The notes under the pieces are model-generated. The model was not told the origin of the DNA and did no database searches. It saw nothing but the letters and a program-made list of their open reading frames with translations. A DNA stretch of 64,000 bases, from positions 650,880-714,879 of the forward strand of contig OY970382.1 of NCBI GenBank assembly GCA_963719425.1, written 5' to 3'. Of the stretch, positions 49,290-59,448 are shown piece after piece (within the stretch, counting starts at the first letter, position 1; each line of letters opens with the position of its first letter). This DNA is from an uncultured bacterium. Lineage in GTDB: Bacteria; Patescibacteriota; Minisyncoccia; UBA6257; 2-01-FULL-56-20. The position numbers and the translations under genes are program-made.

Positions 49290-50198
49290 CTAGACGGAAA
49301 TTGCTTTGAGCGCCGCGATGCGTTCTTCAATCGGAGGGTGGGTCATGAAAAGCTTGTGCCACCAGGAGGCCTGCGAACCCTTGAATGGATTGTCCAGCCA
49401 CATATGCGCCGTGGAGTCCTTCGCGGAACGCATGGGCGTGGAATCCTCTCCGATCTTCTGTAAAGCCGAAATCAGCCCTTCCGGATAGCGCGTGAGCAAA
49501 ACGCCTGAGGCGTCCGCGAGCGCCTCGCGTCGGCGCGAAATCGCGAGCTGAATCAGCATCGTGCCGATCGGCGCCAAAATAGAAAGGATGATCGCGAAAA
49601 TGAAAAACATCTCACCGCCCTCGCTATTGCTGCGCCGGCCACCGCCCAGTCCCATACCTCCCATGAAAAGCGACCGCAGAAAGAGATCGGCGACAAGCGA
49701 GATGATGCCCGCAAGGATCGCGGCAACGGTGGATACGAGGATGTCGCGGTTGCCGACATGCGAAAGCTCGTGGGCGAGCACTCCTTGCAGCTCGTCCTTA
49801 TTCAAACGCGCGAGCGCGCCCTGCGTGACCGCGACCGCCGCATGCTGCGGATCGCGCCCGGTCGCAAACGCGTTGATCTGCATCTCGGGCGTGATATAGA
49901 GCTTCGGCATCGGCAAGCCAGCGGTAATGCAAAGATTTTCTACGATATTGTAGAGCATCGGATTGTCGCTCTTCTCAATTGGCTTCGCGCGAGCGAGTGA
50001 AAGCGCGATCGCCGCGGAGGAATAATAACTGATGAGTGAATATACGACGCTGAAGATCAGCGCGAACACAATGAAGCTCGGATCACCGTACGCCTGCGAG
50101 AACACATACCCGATGCCCATGACCACGACAAAAAATACCGCGAACAAAACCCATGTTCTGCGGACGTTCGCAGATTGATACGTGTAAAGATTAGCCAT
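49290..50198 (-). CDS. htpX: HtpX-family M48 zinc protease
   Basis: NAFATG, HELSH, SRRREALAD, THPP. Confidence 0.92.
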   Translation of the reverse strand: MANLYTYQSANVRRTWVLFAVFFVVVMGIGYVFSQAYGDPSFIVFALIFSVVYSLISYYSSAAIALSLARAKPIEKSDNPMLYNIVENLCITAGLPMPKLYITPEMQINAFATGRDPQHAAVAVTQGALARLNKDELQGVLAHELSHVGNRDILVSTVAAILAGIISLVADLFLRSLFMGGMGLGGGRRSNSEGGEMFFIFAIILSILAPIGTMLIQLAISRRREALADASGVLLTRYPEGLISALQKIGEDSTPMRSAKDSTAHMWLDNPFKGSQASWWHKLFMTHPPIEERIAALKAISV

Positions 50199-50332
50199 AA
50201 ACGGTACATCCATTATACGACTGAGAAATGAAAAAGTAAACCGAATAAGTTGACGCAATAAAAGAATTCACCTATAACCTGTCTTAGTGGCCCACGCGTC
50301 ACGTTGTCATTTCAAAGCGAGAGGAGAACGAA

Positions 50333-51004
50333 ATGAAGAGCATCCTGAAAATCGCTGCGGTCCTATTGGTAATCCTTCTTTCACCATCGCCGTCTGCCGC
50401 CCAGGTAATCAGGCCGGTCTGGGACGACATAAACAGTAACCTCAAAGGCCTAGAAAAACACCTCGCCGCGTACGAAGAGGCGCGCGCCCAAGCATGGGAA
50501 AGCTTCGTCGTCCTCAGGCAGATAAAGGGTCTGTCCTCTTCAAAAACGGATGTTGTTGAAATGGCCCGCCGATACTTCAACGCAAAACGGCAGACCGCCA
50601 AGGGCATGAGAAAAGATTTGATCAGAAACAATAATGAGGTTTCGAGATGGGTCAGCGAGAATGTATCTCCTTGTGTGAATAATGAAAGAAAGGAGATAAC
50701 CGCTGAGTGTTGGTCCGAGATGAGCCGAGAGGAACGGCGGGGAAAGTTGGATGATGCCTATGATCGTCTTGATAGGATTCATGCGGCAATTCGCCAGGCG
50801 AATGTGGAAGAGAAGAAAAGGGACGAGGAGATACACAGGGTCATACCGGAGCCTGATGACGTAGCATCACCCCCCTCGCATCCGCCGGCGACGGGAACCT
50901 CCACCGGACAACAACAAACGTGTCGCAACGACGCACAGTCACGTAAGCCCAGAGAAAATACCCTCTGGGCTTGCACTTTTTATAATCCTCGCGCCTCTGT
51001 TTAG
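50333..51004 (+). CDS. Secreted helical hypothetical protein
   Basis: Signal peptide ending SAA-Q; GAGGAG RBS; antisense between lemA and htpX. Confidence 0.7.
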   Translation: MKSILKIAAVLLVILLSPSPSAAQVIRPVWDDINSNLKGLEKHLAAYEEARAQAWESFVVLRQIKGLSSSKTDVVEMARRYFNAKRQTAKGMRKDLIRNNNEVSRWVSENVSPCVNNERKEITAECWSEMSREERRGKLDDAYDRLDRIHAAIRQANVEEKKRDEEIHRVIPEPDDVASPPSHPPATGTSTGQQQTCRNDAQSRKPRENTLWACTFYNPRASV

Positions 51005-51552
51005 AACTTCACCTGCACCGGCTGCTTCTCGGCTTCCGTGAGGTCGCCGAAGAAATCCATTTGTTTGAAACCGAACGCGTTCGCGAACATGTTCGTCGGG
51101 AAAACTTGGATTTTTATGTTCAGGTCACGGACCATACCGTTGTAGAAGCGGCGCGCGGCCTGGATCTTATCCTCGGTGTCGGTCAATTCGTTCTGTAAGC
51201 TCAAGAAGTTCTGGTTCGCCTTGAGGTCGGGATAATTTTCCGCAACCGCGAACAAAGATTTGAGTGTTTGCGAGAGCTGGTTTTCCGCACCCGCCTTCGC
51301 CGTACCCGTCGCCTGCATCGCCTGCGCGCGCGCTTTCGTCACGTCCTCAAACACCGTCTTTTCGTGCGCGGCGTAGCCCTTCACCGTTTCCACAAGGTTC
51401 GGAATCAGGTCGTACCTACGCTTCAATTGCACGTCAATATCCGACCACGCCTCCTGCGCGCGATTCCGCGTCTGCACAAGGCCGTTGTACGCAAGCACAA
51501 GCCATAGCAAAATAATGACGATGAGAATCAAAATAATCCAAAGCGCAATCAT
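51001..51552 (-). CDS. lemA: LemA family protein
   Basis: WSDIDVQLKRRYDLIPNLV, ENYPDLKAN. Confidence 0.95.
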   Translation of the reverse strand: MIALWIILILIVIILLWLVLAYNGLVQTRNRAQEAWSDIDVQLKRRYDLIPNLVETVKGYAAHEKTVFEDVTKARAQAMQATGTAKAGAENQLSQTLKSLFAVAENYPDLKANQNFLSLQNELTDTEDKIQAARRFYNGMVRDLNIKIQVFPTNMFANAFGFKQMDFFGDLTEAEKQPVQVKF

Positions 51553-51599
51553 GTGAGATGTGGTCTTAGTATATCACGCAACGCGAAACAAGCAAGGAA

Positions 51600-53276
51600 T
51601 CAGTAATCCTCGCCACCCATTCCCTCCATCCCGCCGCCCGGCGCCGGCGGATTCTTCTTCTCCGGAATGCTCGTGATGGCCGCCCCCACCGTAAGATAAT
51701 TCGCGGCGACGGAAACGGCATTCACAAACGCCGCGCGCACCACCTTCAAGGGATCAACGATACCGGCCTCTTTAAGATCTCCGATTTCGTTGGTCACTGC
51801 ATTGAATCCGCTCCACGGTTCGCCCCGCCGCTTCCGAAGATCGCCCACCACGCGGTCCGGCGATTCGCCGCTGTTTGCGACGATCGCGCGGAGTGGCGAT
51901 TCAAGCGCGCGCTCAAGGATGTCCACCACGCCGTCGTTGATCGTCGCCGTTCCATGGCCACCGCCGCCCTCCGCACCACCCCTCGCACTGCGCTTCTCTC
52001 CCACGGTCGGCAACACGTTAAAAAGCGCGATGCCACCGCCTGGAACGATTCCCTCTTCCATCGCGGCGCGGGTCGCGGCGACCGCATCCTCCACGCGCTG
52101 CTTCAGCTCCTTCTGCGCGGCCTCGGTCGGCGCGCCAACTTTGATCACCGCGACGCCGCCCGCGAGCTTACCCAACCGCTCTTTCAATTTCTCCTTATCA
52201 AAATCAGAGTCGGCCTTTTTGATCTGCGCCTTGATCTGCGCCACGCGATCGTCGATCGCCTTCTTTTCCCCCTTGCCGCCGACGATCGTCGTATTGTCTT
52301 TGTTTGACACCACGCGATGCGCGTGGCCGAGGTCATCAACCTCCGCGTTCTCCAGTTTCTTTCCAAGGTCCTCCGAAATGAACGTGGCGCCGGTCACGAC
52401 CGCAATGTCCTGTAACATCTCTTTCTTTCGGTCGCCGAAGCCAGGCGCCTTCACCGCAAGCACATTGAAGATGCCGCGCAGCTTGTTGACGACTAACGTC
52501 GCAAGCGCTTCACCCTCCACCTCGTCCGCGACGATCAGAAGCTCTTTTTTCCCGCTCTGCACGATCTTTTCCAAGAGCTGAAGGATATCCTGAATGGAAG
52601 AGATTTTCTTGTCGGTCACCAAGATGTATGGATCTTCCAAAACGGCCTCCATCCGCTCCTGATTGGTCATCATATAAGGGCTCACGTAGCCGCGGTCAAA
52701 CTGCATGCCTTCTACGATCTCATGAGAATTGCTGATGGTATTGGAATCCTCAGTGGTCACCACCCCTTCCTTGCCGACCTTCTCCATCACCGTCGCGATG
52801 AGCTCGCCGATCTCCGCATCCTTCGCCGAGAGCGTCGCGACTTCCCCTATTTTTTTATTGTCGATGAGTTCGCGCTGGTCCTCAAGCGCTTTGATGACCG
52901 ACTGGCTCGCCTTGCGGAGTTCCTCCGCAAGCTGGATCACGTTGAATCCCTTCTCGCGGATCACTTTCTCGCCCTCGTCAATCATCGCGTGCGCGAGGAT
53001 CGTCGCCGTGGTCGTCCCGTCCCCCACGCCGTCGTTCGTCTTGTCGGCTGCCTGCTTGATAAATTCCGCGCCGACGTTCTCCCACTTGTCTTCCAGCTCA
53101 ATCTCCTTTGCCACGTTCACGCCGTCAAACGTGACTTGCGGCGCGCCGTAGCCCCTTTCAATTACAACCGCGCGGCCCCGCGGCCCAAGCGTCATCGTGA
53201 CCGCCTTCGCCAGTTTGTCTATCCCGCGCTTGATTGCCGCGCGCGCGTCCTCGTTGAATTTAATCTGTTTTGCCAT
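51600..53276 (-). CDS. groL: Chaperonin GroEL
   Basis: TLGPRG, GDGTTT, EGMQFDRGY, GGM tail. Confidence 0.98.
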   Translation of the reverse strand: MAKQIKFNEDARAAIKRGIDKLAKAVTMTLGPRGRAVVIERGYGAPQVTFDGVNVAKEIELEDKWENVGAEFIKQAADKTNDGVGDGTTTATILAHAMIDEGEKVIREKGFNVIQLAEELRKASQSVIKALEDQRELIDNKKIGEVATLSAKDAEIGELIATVMEKVGKEGVVTTEDSNTISNSHEIVEGMQFDRGYVSPYMMTNQERMEAVLEDPYILVTDKKISSIQDILQLLEKIVQSGKKELLIVADEVEGEALATLVVNKLRGIFNVLAVKAPGFGDRKKEMLQDIAVVTGATFISEDLGKKLENAEVDDLGHAHRVVSNKDNTTIVGGKGEKKAIDDRVAQIKAQIKKADSDFDKEKLKERLGKLAGGVAVIKVGAPTEAAQKELKQRVEDAVAATRAAMEEGIVPGGGIALFNVLPTVGEKRSARGGAEGGGGHGTATINDGVVDILERALESPLRAIVANSGESPDRVVGDLRKRRGEPWSGFNAVTNEIGDLKEAGIVDPLKVVRAAFVNAVSVAANYLTVGAAITSIPEKKNPPAPGGGMEGMGGEDY

Positions 53277-53294
53277 GATGGTATGTGAAATTAT

Positions 53295-53585
53295 TTATTC
53301 AATGATCGCCAAGATGTCGTCCTCGTCGCCGACCAGATATTTCTTCTCGTCAATCTCGATCTCGTCCGGCCCGTATTTCTTGAAGAGGACGATATCGCCG
53401 ACTTTGACCGACATTGGCGTGAGCTCGCCTTTCTCATTACGCTTCCCGGGACCAACCGCGAGCACTTTCCCTTTTATCGGCTTTTCTTTCTCCGCCGTTT
53501 CCGGAAGCACGATGCCGCCCTTTGTTTTCTTTTCCTCCTCCACCGGCTCAAGGAACAAATGATTGGATAATGGTTTGAAATTCAT
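53295..53585 (-). CDS. groS: Co-chaperonin GroES
   Basis: KPL, TKGGIVLP, VLAVGPG, VKVGD. Confidence 0.97.
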   Translation of the reverse strand: MNFKPLSNHLFLEPVEEEKKTKGGIVLPETAEKEKPIKGKVLAVGPGKRNEKGELTPMSVKVGDIVLFKKYGPDEIEIDEKKYLVGDEDDILAIIE

Positions 53586-53601
53586 TACTGTTTTAAATGT
53601 T

Positions 53602-53661
53602 TTAGCACTCACGACCTTTGAGTGCCAATAGGTATTTTATGCCGAACGGCGGCGTTGTCAA
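53602..53661 (-). promoter_or_regulatory. CIRCE operator (HrcA) and sigma70 promoter of groESL
   Basis: TTAGCACTC-N9-GAGTGCCAA at 53602-53628; TTGACA (53656-61) N16 TAAAAT (53634-39) on the minus strand. Confidence 0.9.
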
Positions 53662-53879
53662 GCGCGCCAAAATCTTCTCGCAGAGAGTTGTGATTGTTTT
53701 ATGATAGACCGCATAGTGCCTTTCGGAATCTCCAGCTTGTTCATCGGTACTATCACAACGATCGCCCCTCGCGCATCAATCTTTCTATATTTCCCATGGC
53801 TGCCTTTCTGTGAAATAAAAACGAAGCCCTCCCGGAGGAGGACCGCAACCACCTGCTTTGATGAAAACAGTTTAGACAT
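53658..53879 (-). CDS. hicA: HicA-family toxin
   Basis: L.REGF...QKGSH...VIVP...EIPKGTMRSI. Confidence 0.88.
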   Translation of the reverse strand: MSKLFSSKQVVAVLLREGFVFISQKGSHGKYRKIDARGAIVVIVPMNKLEIPKGTMRSIIKQSQLSARRFWRA

Positions 53880-54108
53880 ACACCAGGTGGTCGTGAGTGC
53901 GAATGGAAGGATTACCGATCCGGGTGATCTCCGCCGATGAGGCATCTTCCAGATACAACTCCAACGCTTCTTTGAGGTTTTTTAACGCCCCGTTTTTCGT
54001 TGTGCCGAAGCTTGAAATATCCACATTCAAACACTGGGCAACGTAGTATTTGCCTTCTTTCCAAATCGCGGTCGCAAATTGCATTTTTTTCATGCGTTTT
54101 CGTTTCAT
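53872..54108 (-). CDS. hicB: HicB-family antitoxin (short form)
   Basis: EGKYYVAQC...SSFG.T...ALKNLKEALELYLE. Confidence 0.88.
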   Translation of the reverse strand: MKRKRMKKMQFATAIWKEGKYYVAQCLNVDISSFGTTKNGALKNLKEALELYLEDASSAEITRIGNPSIRTHDHLVYV

Positions 54109-54142
54109 AATGGCATAGTGTGATGAAAATGCAAGAATTCTT

Positions 54143-55099
54143 TTAGCTTTTTTTAATGTGGTCGTAGATGTTCAAAACGGCCTTTACGGCGTCGCCGGCG
54201 GAGATGTTGTTCTGCCGGTACAAGACGTCCGTCACATCCCCTACTGCCCAGACGCCGGGGCATGAGGTGGCCTGGGTCCGCGCGTCAACGACCACGTGGC
54301 CGCGTTCATCAAGCTTCACAAGATCTTTCACGAAGTCGGAATTGGGAAGTAAGCCGACTTCCACAAAAACGCCGTCAAGCGAGAGGTCGCGCCCTTCGCT
54401 GGTCTTCGTATTTTTGATATGAACGCCGGTCACAAAATCCTTGCCCTGTATCGTTTCTACCACCGTGTTCCACAAAATGGTCACCTTGGGGTCATTTTTT
54501 ACCTTGTCCTGTGAGATGGGGTCGCCCCTCAAAATCTCCGAGCGGACGATCAAATAAATCTTGGATGAGTAGGGAAACAGATCCATGACCGACTCAAGCG
54601 CGGAATTCCCGCCGCCAACCACGGCGGTCACTTTGTCCTTGAAAATGGGTGCATCGCACGTGGAGCAATACACCACGCCCTTCCCGTCAAATTCCTTCTC
54701 GCCGGGAACGCCAAGTTTTCTCCTGCGGCTGCCGGACGCCAAAAGCACGAATTTCGTTTCGTATGTCTTACCATTCCTCGTCGCAACGGAGAAACCCTGC
54801 CCAGCACCACTCGCAGGCGAGTGGTGCTGCGCGGCGCTATCGTCCTTTTTGATTCCTGTGACGAGATCGTCGTCCACGATGTCAATATCCTCCTGCGCGC
54901 GGAGGTGTTCTTCAAGCGATTTCGCAAGATCGTAGCCGGAAATGGACTTCGTCCCGATCCAATTCTGCACCTCGCCCGAAACCGACGACTGGCCACCGAA
55001 GCTGTCGGTGATAAGCAATGTCTTTATTTTCTTCCGCGCAGCGTAAACACCCGCGGCGACGCCGCCCGGCCCACCGCCAATGATAATCAGGTCGTACAT
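54143..55099 (-). CDS. Thioredoxin reductase/AhpF-like flavoprotein
   Basis: GGGPGG, YCSTCD, GGGNSA, AVGD. Confidence 0.92.
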   Translation of the reverse strand: MYDLIIIGGGPGGVAAGVYAARKKIKTLLITDSFGGQSSVSGEVQNWIGTKSISGYDLAKSLEEHLRAQEDIDIVDDDLVTGIKKDDSAAQHHSPASGAGQGFSVATRNGKTYETKFVLLASGSRRRKLGVPGEKEFDGKGVVYCSTCDAPIFKDKVTAVVGGGNSALESVMDLFPYSSKIYLIVRSEILRGDPISQDKVKNDPKVTILWNTVVETIQGKDFVTGVHIKNTKTSEGRDLSLDGVFVEVGLLPNSDFVKDLVKLDERGHVVVDARTQATSCPGVWAVGDVTDVLYRQNNISAGDAVKAVLNIYDHIKKS

Positions 55100-55121
55100 G
55101 GCATACCTCAAAAAAGAATGG

Positions 55122-55364
55122 CTACTCCTTCGCGGGCAGGAGGAGACTTTCCAACGTCTTCTTGTCAAAACCGATGATGACCTCGCCGCCCACGTCAATC
55201 ACGGGAACGCCCATTTGGTGGGACTTCGCGAACATCTCTTCGCGCGCTTTCGCGTCAGCGGCCACATCGTGTTCCTCATACGCGATCCCGTTCTTTTGAA
55301 AGAAATCTTTCGCCATCCTGCAATAGACGCAGGTCGGCGTGCTGTAAATCACAACTTTTTTCAT
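55122..55364 (-). CDS. Glutaredoxin/NrdH-like protein
   Basis: YSTPTCVYC, GVPVI, IIGFD. Confidence 0.92.
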   Translation of the reverse strand: MKKVVIYSTPTCVYCRMAKDFFQKNGIAYEEHDVAADAKAREEMFAKSHQMGVPVIDVGGEVIIGFDKKTLESLLLPAKE

Positions 55365-55555
55365 GGATTTGTTTGTGACGGACCTTTATTATTTCGTTGC
55401 TCGCCGAAGAGCAACCAACTGTTCACGAGGATAAGAATAAGGCCGCAGAGGATGCTGCTCCACTTCGCGATTGAGATATTCGCAAATCCCAAAAGCCACG
55501 GCGAAAGCAAAATCCAAAATCCGACGATGCCTTCTATCCAATATTCCACCACCAC
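55361..55555 (-). CDS. SPW-repeat small membrane protein
   Basis: G.W.LLSPWLLGF. Confidence 0.75.
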   Translation of the reverse strand: MVVEYWIEGIVGFWILLSPWLLGFANISIAKWSSILCGLILILVNSWLLFGEQRNNKGPSQTNP

Positions 55556-55587
55556 TCTATTTTAGGAGTCGGCCACGCCCGAGTCAA

Positions 55588-56478
55588 CTATTTGACTGCC
55601 GCATCAATGGCTGCAAGGACCGCGCTCCCGTTCGCACCGACGCTCTGGCCAGCCGCATCCGTCGCTTCTTTCCCGTTCACGAACGTCATCGGCGTTGAAT
55701 TAACCCCGGCGTTCATGGCAGCAGCGTAATCCGCAGTGACCGTCGCAGTATATTTCCCGCTGTCAATGCAACTCGCAAATGCGGTGGTATTCATACCAAG
55801 CTGGCCCGCGAGCGTGAGGAACAGTGCGCGGTTAAAAAACCCATCATCCTCTGTGCCACCCTTCGCCTCGTCAGTCGCCTTCGCGGCATAGAGCGCATCG
55901 TGATACGGCCAGAATTGGTTCTCATCCTTGGCGCACTCCGCCGCCGCCCCGGCCGCGTGCGATTCCCCCACGCTGGATGAGGTGATCTCCGCGCCATCAA
56001 GGAATGGGAAGTCCCTAAATACGAGTTTTGCCTTTCCCGCGTTCACATAGTTCTGGATGATAAGCGGCTGAACCTGCTCGTAGAACCGCACGCAGAAGGG
56101 GCACTGGTAATCGCCGTATTCAATGACCGTGACGGGCGCGCTCGCATTGCCCAAGATCACATCGCGGGACCCGAGGGCGGGCGCCGTAGCTACCGCGGCT
56201 GAAGGAGCTTGCGCCGTCCCGCCGTTCGCGGCTGGGGCGCCGACGTTTCCCGCACCGGCGTTCCCTGTGCCGGCGCTTGGCGTACTCACGCCCGGCCGAT
56301 ACAGTGCCAAAAAAAGAACCGACCCGCAAATAAGCACCGCGGCAACGATAATGCTTATCGGAAGAAAGCGGTCTCTGCCCCTTGCCGGCAGTTTTTCTTC
56401 AACGGATATCTCATACCCATCTCCCCGCTTTGCCTTCTCGATAGTTTCCTTGAATGAAATTTTTTCTTGTTCTTCCAT
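55588..56478 (-). CDS. DsbA-family thiol:disulfide oxidoreductase
   Basis: TM anchor, EYGDYQCPFC, RDFP, GVNSTP. Confidence 0.92.
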   Translation of the reverse strand: MEEQEKISFKETIEKAKRGDGYEISVEEKLPARGRDRFLPISIIVAAVLICGSVLFLALYRPGVSTPSAGTGNAGAGNVGAPAANGGTAQAPSAAVATAPALGSRDVILGNASAPVTVIEYGDYQCPFCVRFYEQVQPLIIQNYVNAGKAKLVFRDFPFLDGAEITSSSVGESHAAGAAAECAKDENQFWPYHDALYAAKATDEAKGGTEDDGFFNRALFLTLAGQLGMNTTAFASCIDSGKYTATVTADYAAAMNAGVNSTPMTFVNGKEATDAAGQSVGANGSAVLAAIDAAVK

Positions 56479-56490
56479 GGGAAAAGTATA

Positions 56491-57186
56491 TCAGCCCCCA
56501 CCCCTCTGCGTCAACAAGGAATGGCCGTGAGGCCTATGGGCAAATAGTGCGTAATCGTTCGGAAAAAACTTCGCGGTGATCGCAAACACGCCGTACATGA
56601 TGAAGGGCGCCGCGAACACGTCAATGGAATAATGCACGTGCGCGAGAAGCACGGCGGCGCCGAAGACGACGGTGGCAACGATGAAAAAGCGGCGCCAGAA
56701 CTTTTCATCCCAAAAAATGAGCGCCATGAGATACGGAAATGCGGTGTGGCCCGAGAAGAAAAGATTCCCCTGGAACGTGAGGAGGTGATAGAAGCCGAAG
56801 CCGGTGTTCAGAGCGCTTGGCACGACGCCGCCGGGATAAATCCCTTCGCGGGTCAGGTTCATGAAAAACGCCCGACAGATGACGAACAACGCGATTGCCT
56901 TAATTCCAAACAGCAGGTAACGCGGGCGAACAACAAGCAAAAAGCAGGAAAAAATCCAAAAAAGAATGATGGCGCCCACGATGAGGAACCCAAGATTGAC
57001 GACGGGAAGATTGTCCAGAAAAAGGTCGCTTTCGGGAGGCGCCAAGAGCGCGTGGTTCGCGGAATAATGCCCGGCGCTTACCTGGACGAAAATCGCGATC
57101 GCCACAAGGAAAAGTCCGAGGTAGAGCGACCGCTTGCGCGCGGCGGTCCAGAAACCACCTCTGTGTTCGCGAAAAATATCAGGCAC
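56491..57186 (-). CDS. Sphingomyelin-synthase-like PAP2 C-terminal family membrane protein
   Basis: LFFSGHT and HYSIDV motifs, six TM segments. Confidence 0.75.
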   Translation of the reverse strand: MPDIFREHRGGFWTAARKRSLYLGLFLVAIAIFVQVSAGHYSANHALLAPPESDLFLDNLPVVNLGFLIVGAIILFWIFSCFLLVVRPRYLLFGIKAIALFVICRAFFMNLTREGIYPGGVVPSALNTGFGFYHLLTFQGNLFFSGHTAFPYLMALIFWDEKFWRRFFIVATVVFGAAVLLAHVHYSIDVFAAPFIMYGVFAITAKFFPNDYALFAHRPHGHSLLTQRGGG

Positions 57187-57242
57187 GAAAATAGTATACC
57201 ATCTCGGAGGAAGCGGATGGAGTATAATGAATCGGTTATCTC

Positions 57243-57839
57243 ATGCCGTTCGCATCCCCCATCGCCTCGTGGCTTCTTACGTATCGCTATCCCATCCTCT
57301 ATCCGCTCGCGGTCGTGGAAGGACCAGTGGTCATGATGATCTCGGGCTTCCTTGTGCGCTTGGATTTCTTTTCATTCTGGCCGGTGTACCTCCTGCTCGT
57401 GGCCGGGGATCTTACGGGCGATATCCTTTGGTACCTGCTCGGCCGCCACGGCGCGCGGTCTTTCATAGAAAAATACGGGAGATTTTTCAGCATCACGGAG
57501 GAGAACGTGGAAAAGGCAGAGCAGTTTTTCCACAAGCACCAAGTAAAAATACTTTTCATATCAAAAATCACCATGGGATTCGGCTTCGCGCTCGCCACGC
57601 TCATCGCGGCCGGCGCCGCCAAAGTGCCGTTCAAGAAATATTTGACCATCAATTTCCTGGGGCAATTCGTCTGGACGGGGGTGCTGATGGCAGTGGGATA
57701 TTTCCTCGGCAACTTGTACATCATGGTTGATAAAAGCTTGCGCTGGGCGTTCATCATCGCCTTGATTGTGATCGCGGCCTTCGCGGCATACGGCTTCGGA
57801 AAATTCATGCGAAACCGCATACGCGGAGAGATAAATTAA
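57243..57839 (+). CDS. DedA family membrane protein
   Basis: EGP, GDILWYLLGR, AEQFF. Confidence 0.88.
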   Translation: MPFASPIASWLLTYRYPILYPLAVVEGPVVMMISGFLVRLDFFSFWPVYLLLVAGDLTGDILWYLLGRHGARSFIEKYGRFFSITEENVEKAEQFFHKHQVKILFISKITMGFGFALATLIAAGAAKVPFKKYLTINFLGQFVWTGVLMAVGYFLGNLYIMVDKSLRWAFIIALIVIAAFAAYGFGKFMRNRIRGEIN

Positions 57840-57852
57840 TATATCCTTCCCT

Positions 57853-59448
57853 ATGAAAATCTCCGTCATTATACCCACACTCAACGAAGAAGAGGCGATA
57901 GAAAAGACGCTGCGCCAGATCCACGATAACCTGACGGCGTTTGACCACGAGCTCATCGTGACCGACAGCGGGAGCACCGACCGCACGGTCGCGATCGCGA
58001 AACGGTACGCGCGGGTGGTCGTGGATGCGAGCCCGAGCCACACGATTGCGAGCAACCGGAACAACGGGGTGCGCATCGCACACGGCGAATTCCTCGTGTT
58101 TATTGATGCCGATGTCATTATCCCCGATCCAAACGCGTTCTTCAAAACCGCGCTCCAAGATTTTGCTGCCGACAAAAACCTCGTTGCAATCACTGCGCGG
58201 CTTATGGTATTTCCAGAATCCGCGACGCGCGCGGATAACTTCTTCTTCACATTGGTAAGCGTGGACCACTGGCTCAACAACAACGTAATCCGCATGGGAA
58301 GCGCCTCCGGTGAGTTCCAGATGATACGGCGGAGCGCTTTTGAGGCAGTCCATGGCTTCCAACCGCAGCTCGCCGTCGCGGAAGACAACGATATGTTCCG
58401 CCGCCTCACGAAGGTCGGCCGCACCAGGATGGAATGGCGCCTTATGGTATATCACACTGGCCGACGCATGCACGAACTGGGATGGCCGCGGGTGCTTTGG
58501 GATTGGGGCATCAACTATTTCTACGTCCGGCTCTTCAATCGTTCCTACAACAAAGAGTGGCGCCCGGTCCGCCTCATGAAATTGAGCTTCGTCATCCCCG
58601 CCTACAACGAGGAGCACTATCTCCCCGACTGCCTCAATACCATCTTGAAGCAAAAAGAAAAACTCCCATACGACATTGAGATTATCGTGGTGAACAACGC
58701 CTCCACCGACCGGACGCGGGAGATCGCCCGGTCATATGCACACAAGGGAATTATTGTGGTCAACGAACTGAAGAAGGGCCTCGTCCGCGCGCGTGCTGCG
58801 GGATTCCGCGCCGCGACCGGCGACCTTATCGCAAACGTAGACGCCGACACGCGCCTCACGCCGGGCTGGATAAAGAAGGTGATGGAGGCCTTTGCCAAAG
58901 ACGAAAAACTCGTTGCGTTCTCCGGCCCGTTCATCTATTACGACGTGCCGCGAACGATAAAAATGCTCACGAAAGTATTTTACTACCCCGGATTCTTGTT
59001 TTACCTCATCAACCGCTTCGTTCTCCGCGCAGGATCCATGCTGCAGGGCGGAAACTTCATCGTACGCCGGAGCGCGCTCACGAAAGCCGGCGGGTACAAC
59101 ACCGACATTGATTTCTACGGCGAGGATACGGACATAGCACGGCGCATGAGCAAGGTCGGGAAAGTGCGCTTCACGTTCAGTCTTCCGATGTATTCCTCCG
59201 GCCGGCGGCTCGCTAAAGAAGGAGCATTTACAATGGGCCTACGCTATGGGCTCAATTACTTCTGGATAATTTTCTTCAAGCGTCCGTTCAGTAAAGTATC
59301 GGCGGACATCCGCCTCACGAAAAAAAATGTGGCCGTCTACCAGCCGGAAAACCGCAAAAAGGAACTCATGATCGCCGCGGCCGCGCTCCTCATCTTCCTC
59401 GCGCTCCTCTGCGGCATTGGGTACCTCGTTTACCGCCTCGCGCATTGA
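57853..59448 (+). CDS. Tandem GT2-GT2 glycosyltransferase
   Basis: Two complete GT-A domains (SVIIPTLNEE...DAD and SFVIPAYNEE...DAD) plus a C-terminal TM. Confidence 0.88.
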   Translation: MKISVIIPTLNEEEAIEKTLRQIHDNLTAFDHELIVTDSGSTDRTVAIAKRYARVVVDASPSHTIASNRNNGVRIAHGEFLVFIDADVIIPDPNAFFKTALQDFAADKNLVAITARLMVFPESATRADNFFFTLVSVDHWLNNNVIRMGSASGEFQMIRRSAFEAVHGFQPQLAVAEDNDMFRRLTKVGRTRMEWRLMVYHTGRRMHELGWPRVLWDWGINYFYVRLFNRSYNKEWRPVRLMKLSFVIPAYNEEHYLPDCLNTILKQKEKLPYDIEIIVVNNASTDRTREIARSYAHKGIIVVNELKKGLVRARAAGFRAATGDLIANVDADTRLTPGWIKKVMEAFAKDEKLVAFSGPFIYYDVPRTIKMLTKVFYYPGFLFYLINRFVLRAGSMLQGGNFIVRRSALTKAGGYNTDIDFYGEDTDIARRMSKVGKVRFTFSLPMYSSGRRLAKEGAFTMGLRYGLNYFWIIFFKRPFSKVSADIRLTKKNVAVYQPENRKKELMIAAAALLIFLALLCGIGYLVYRLAH

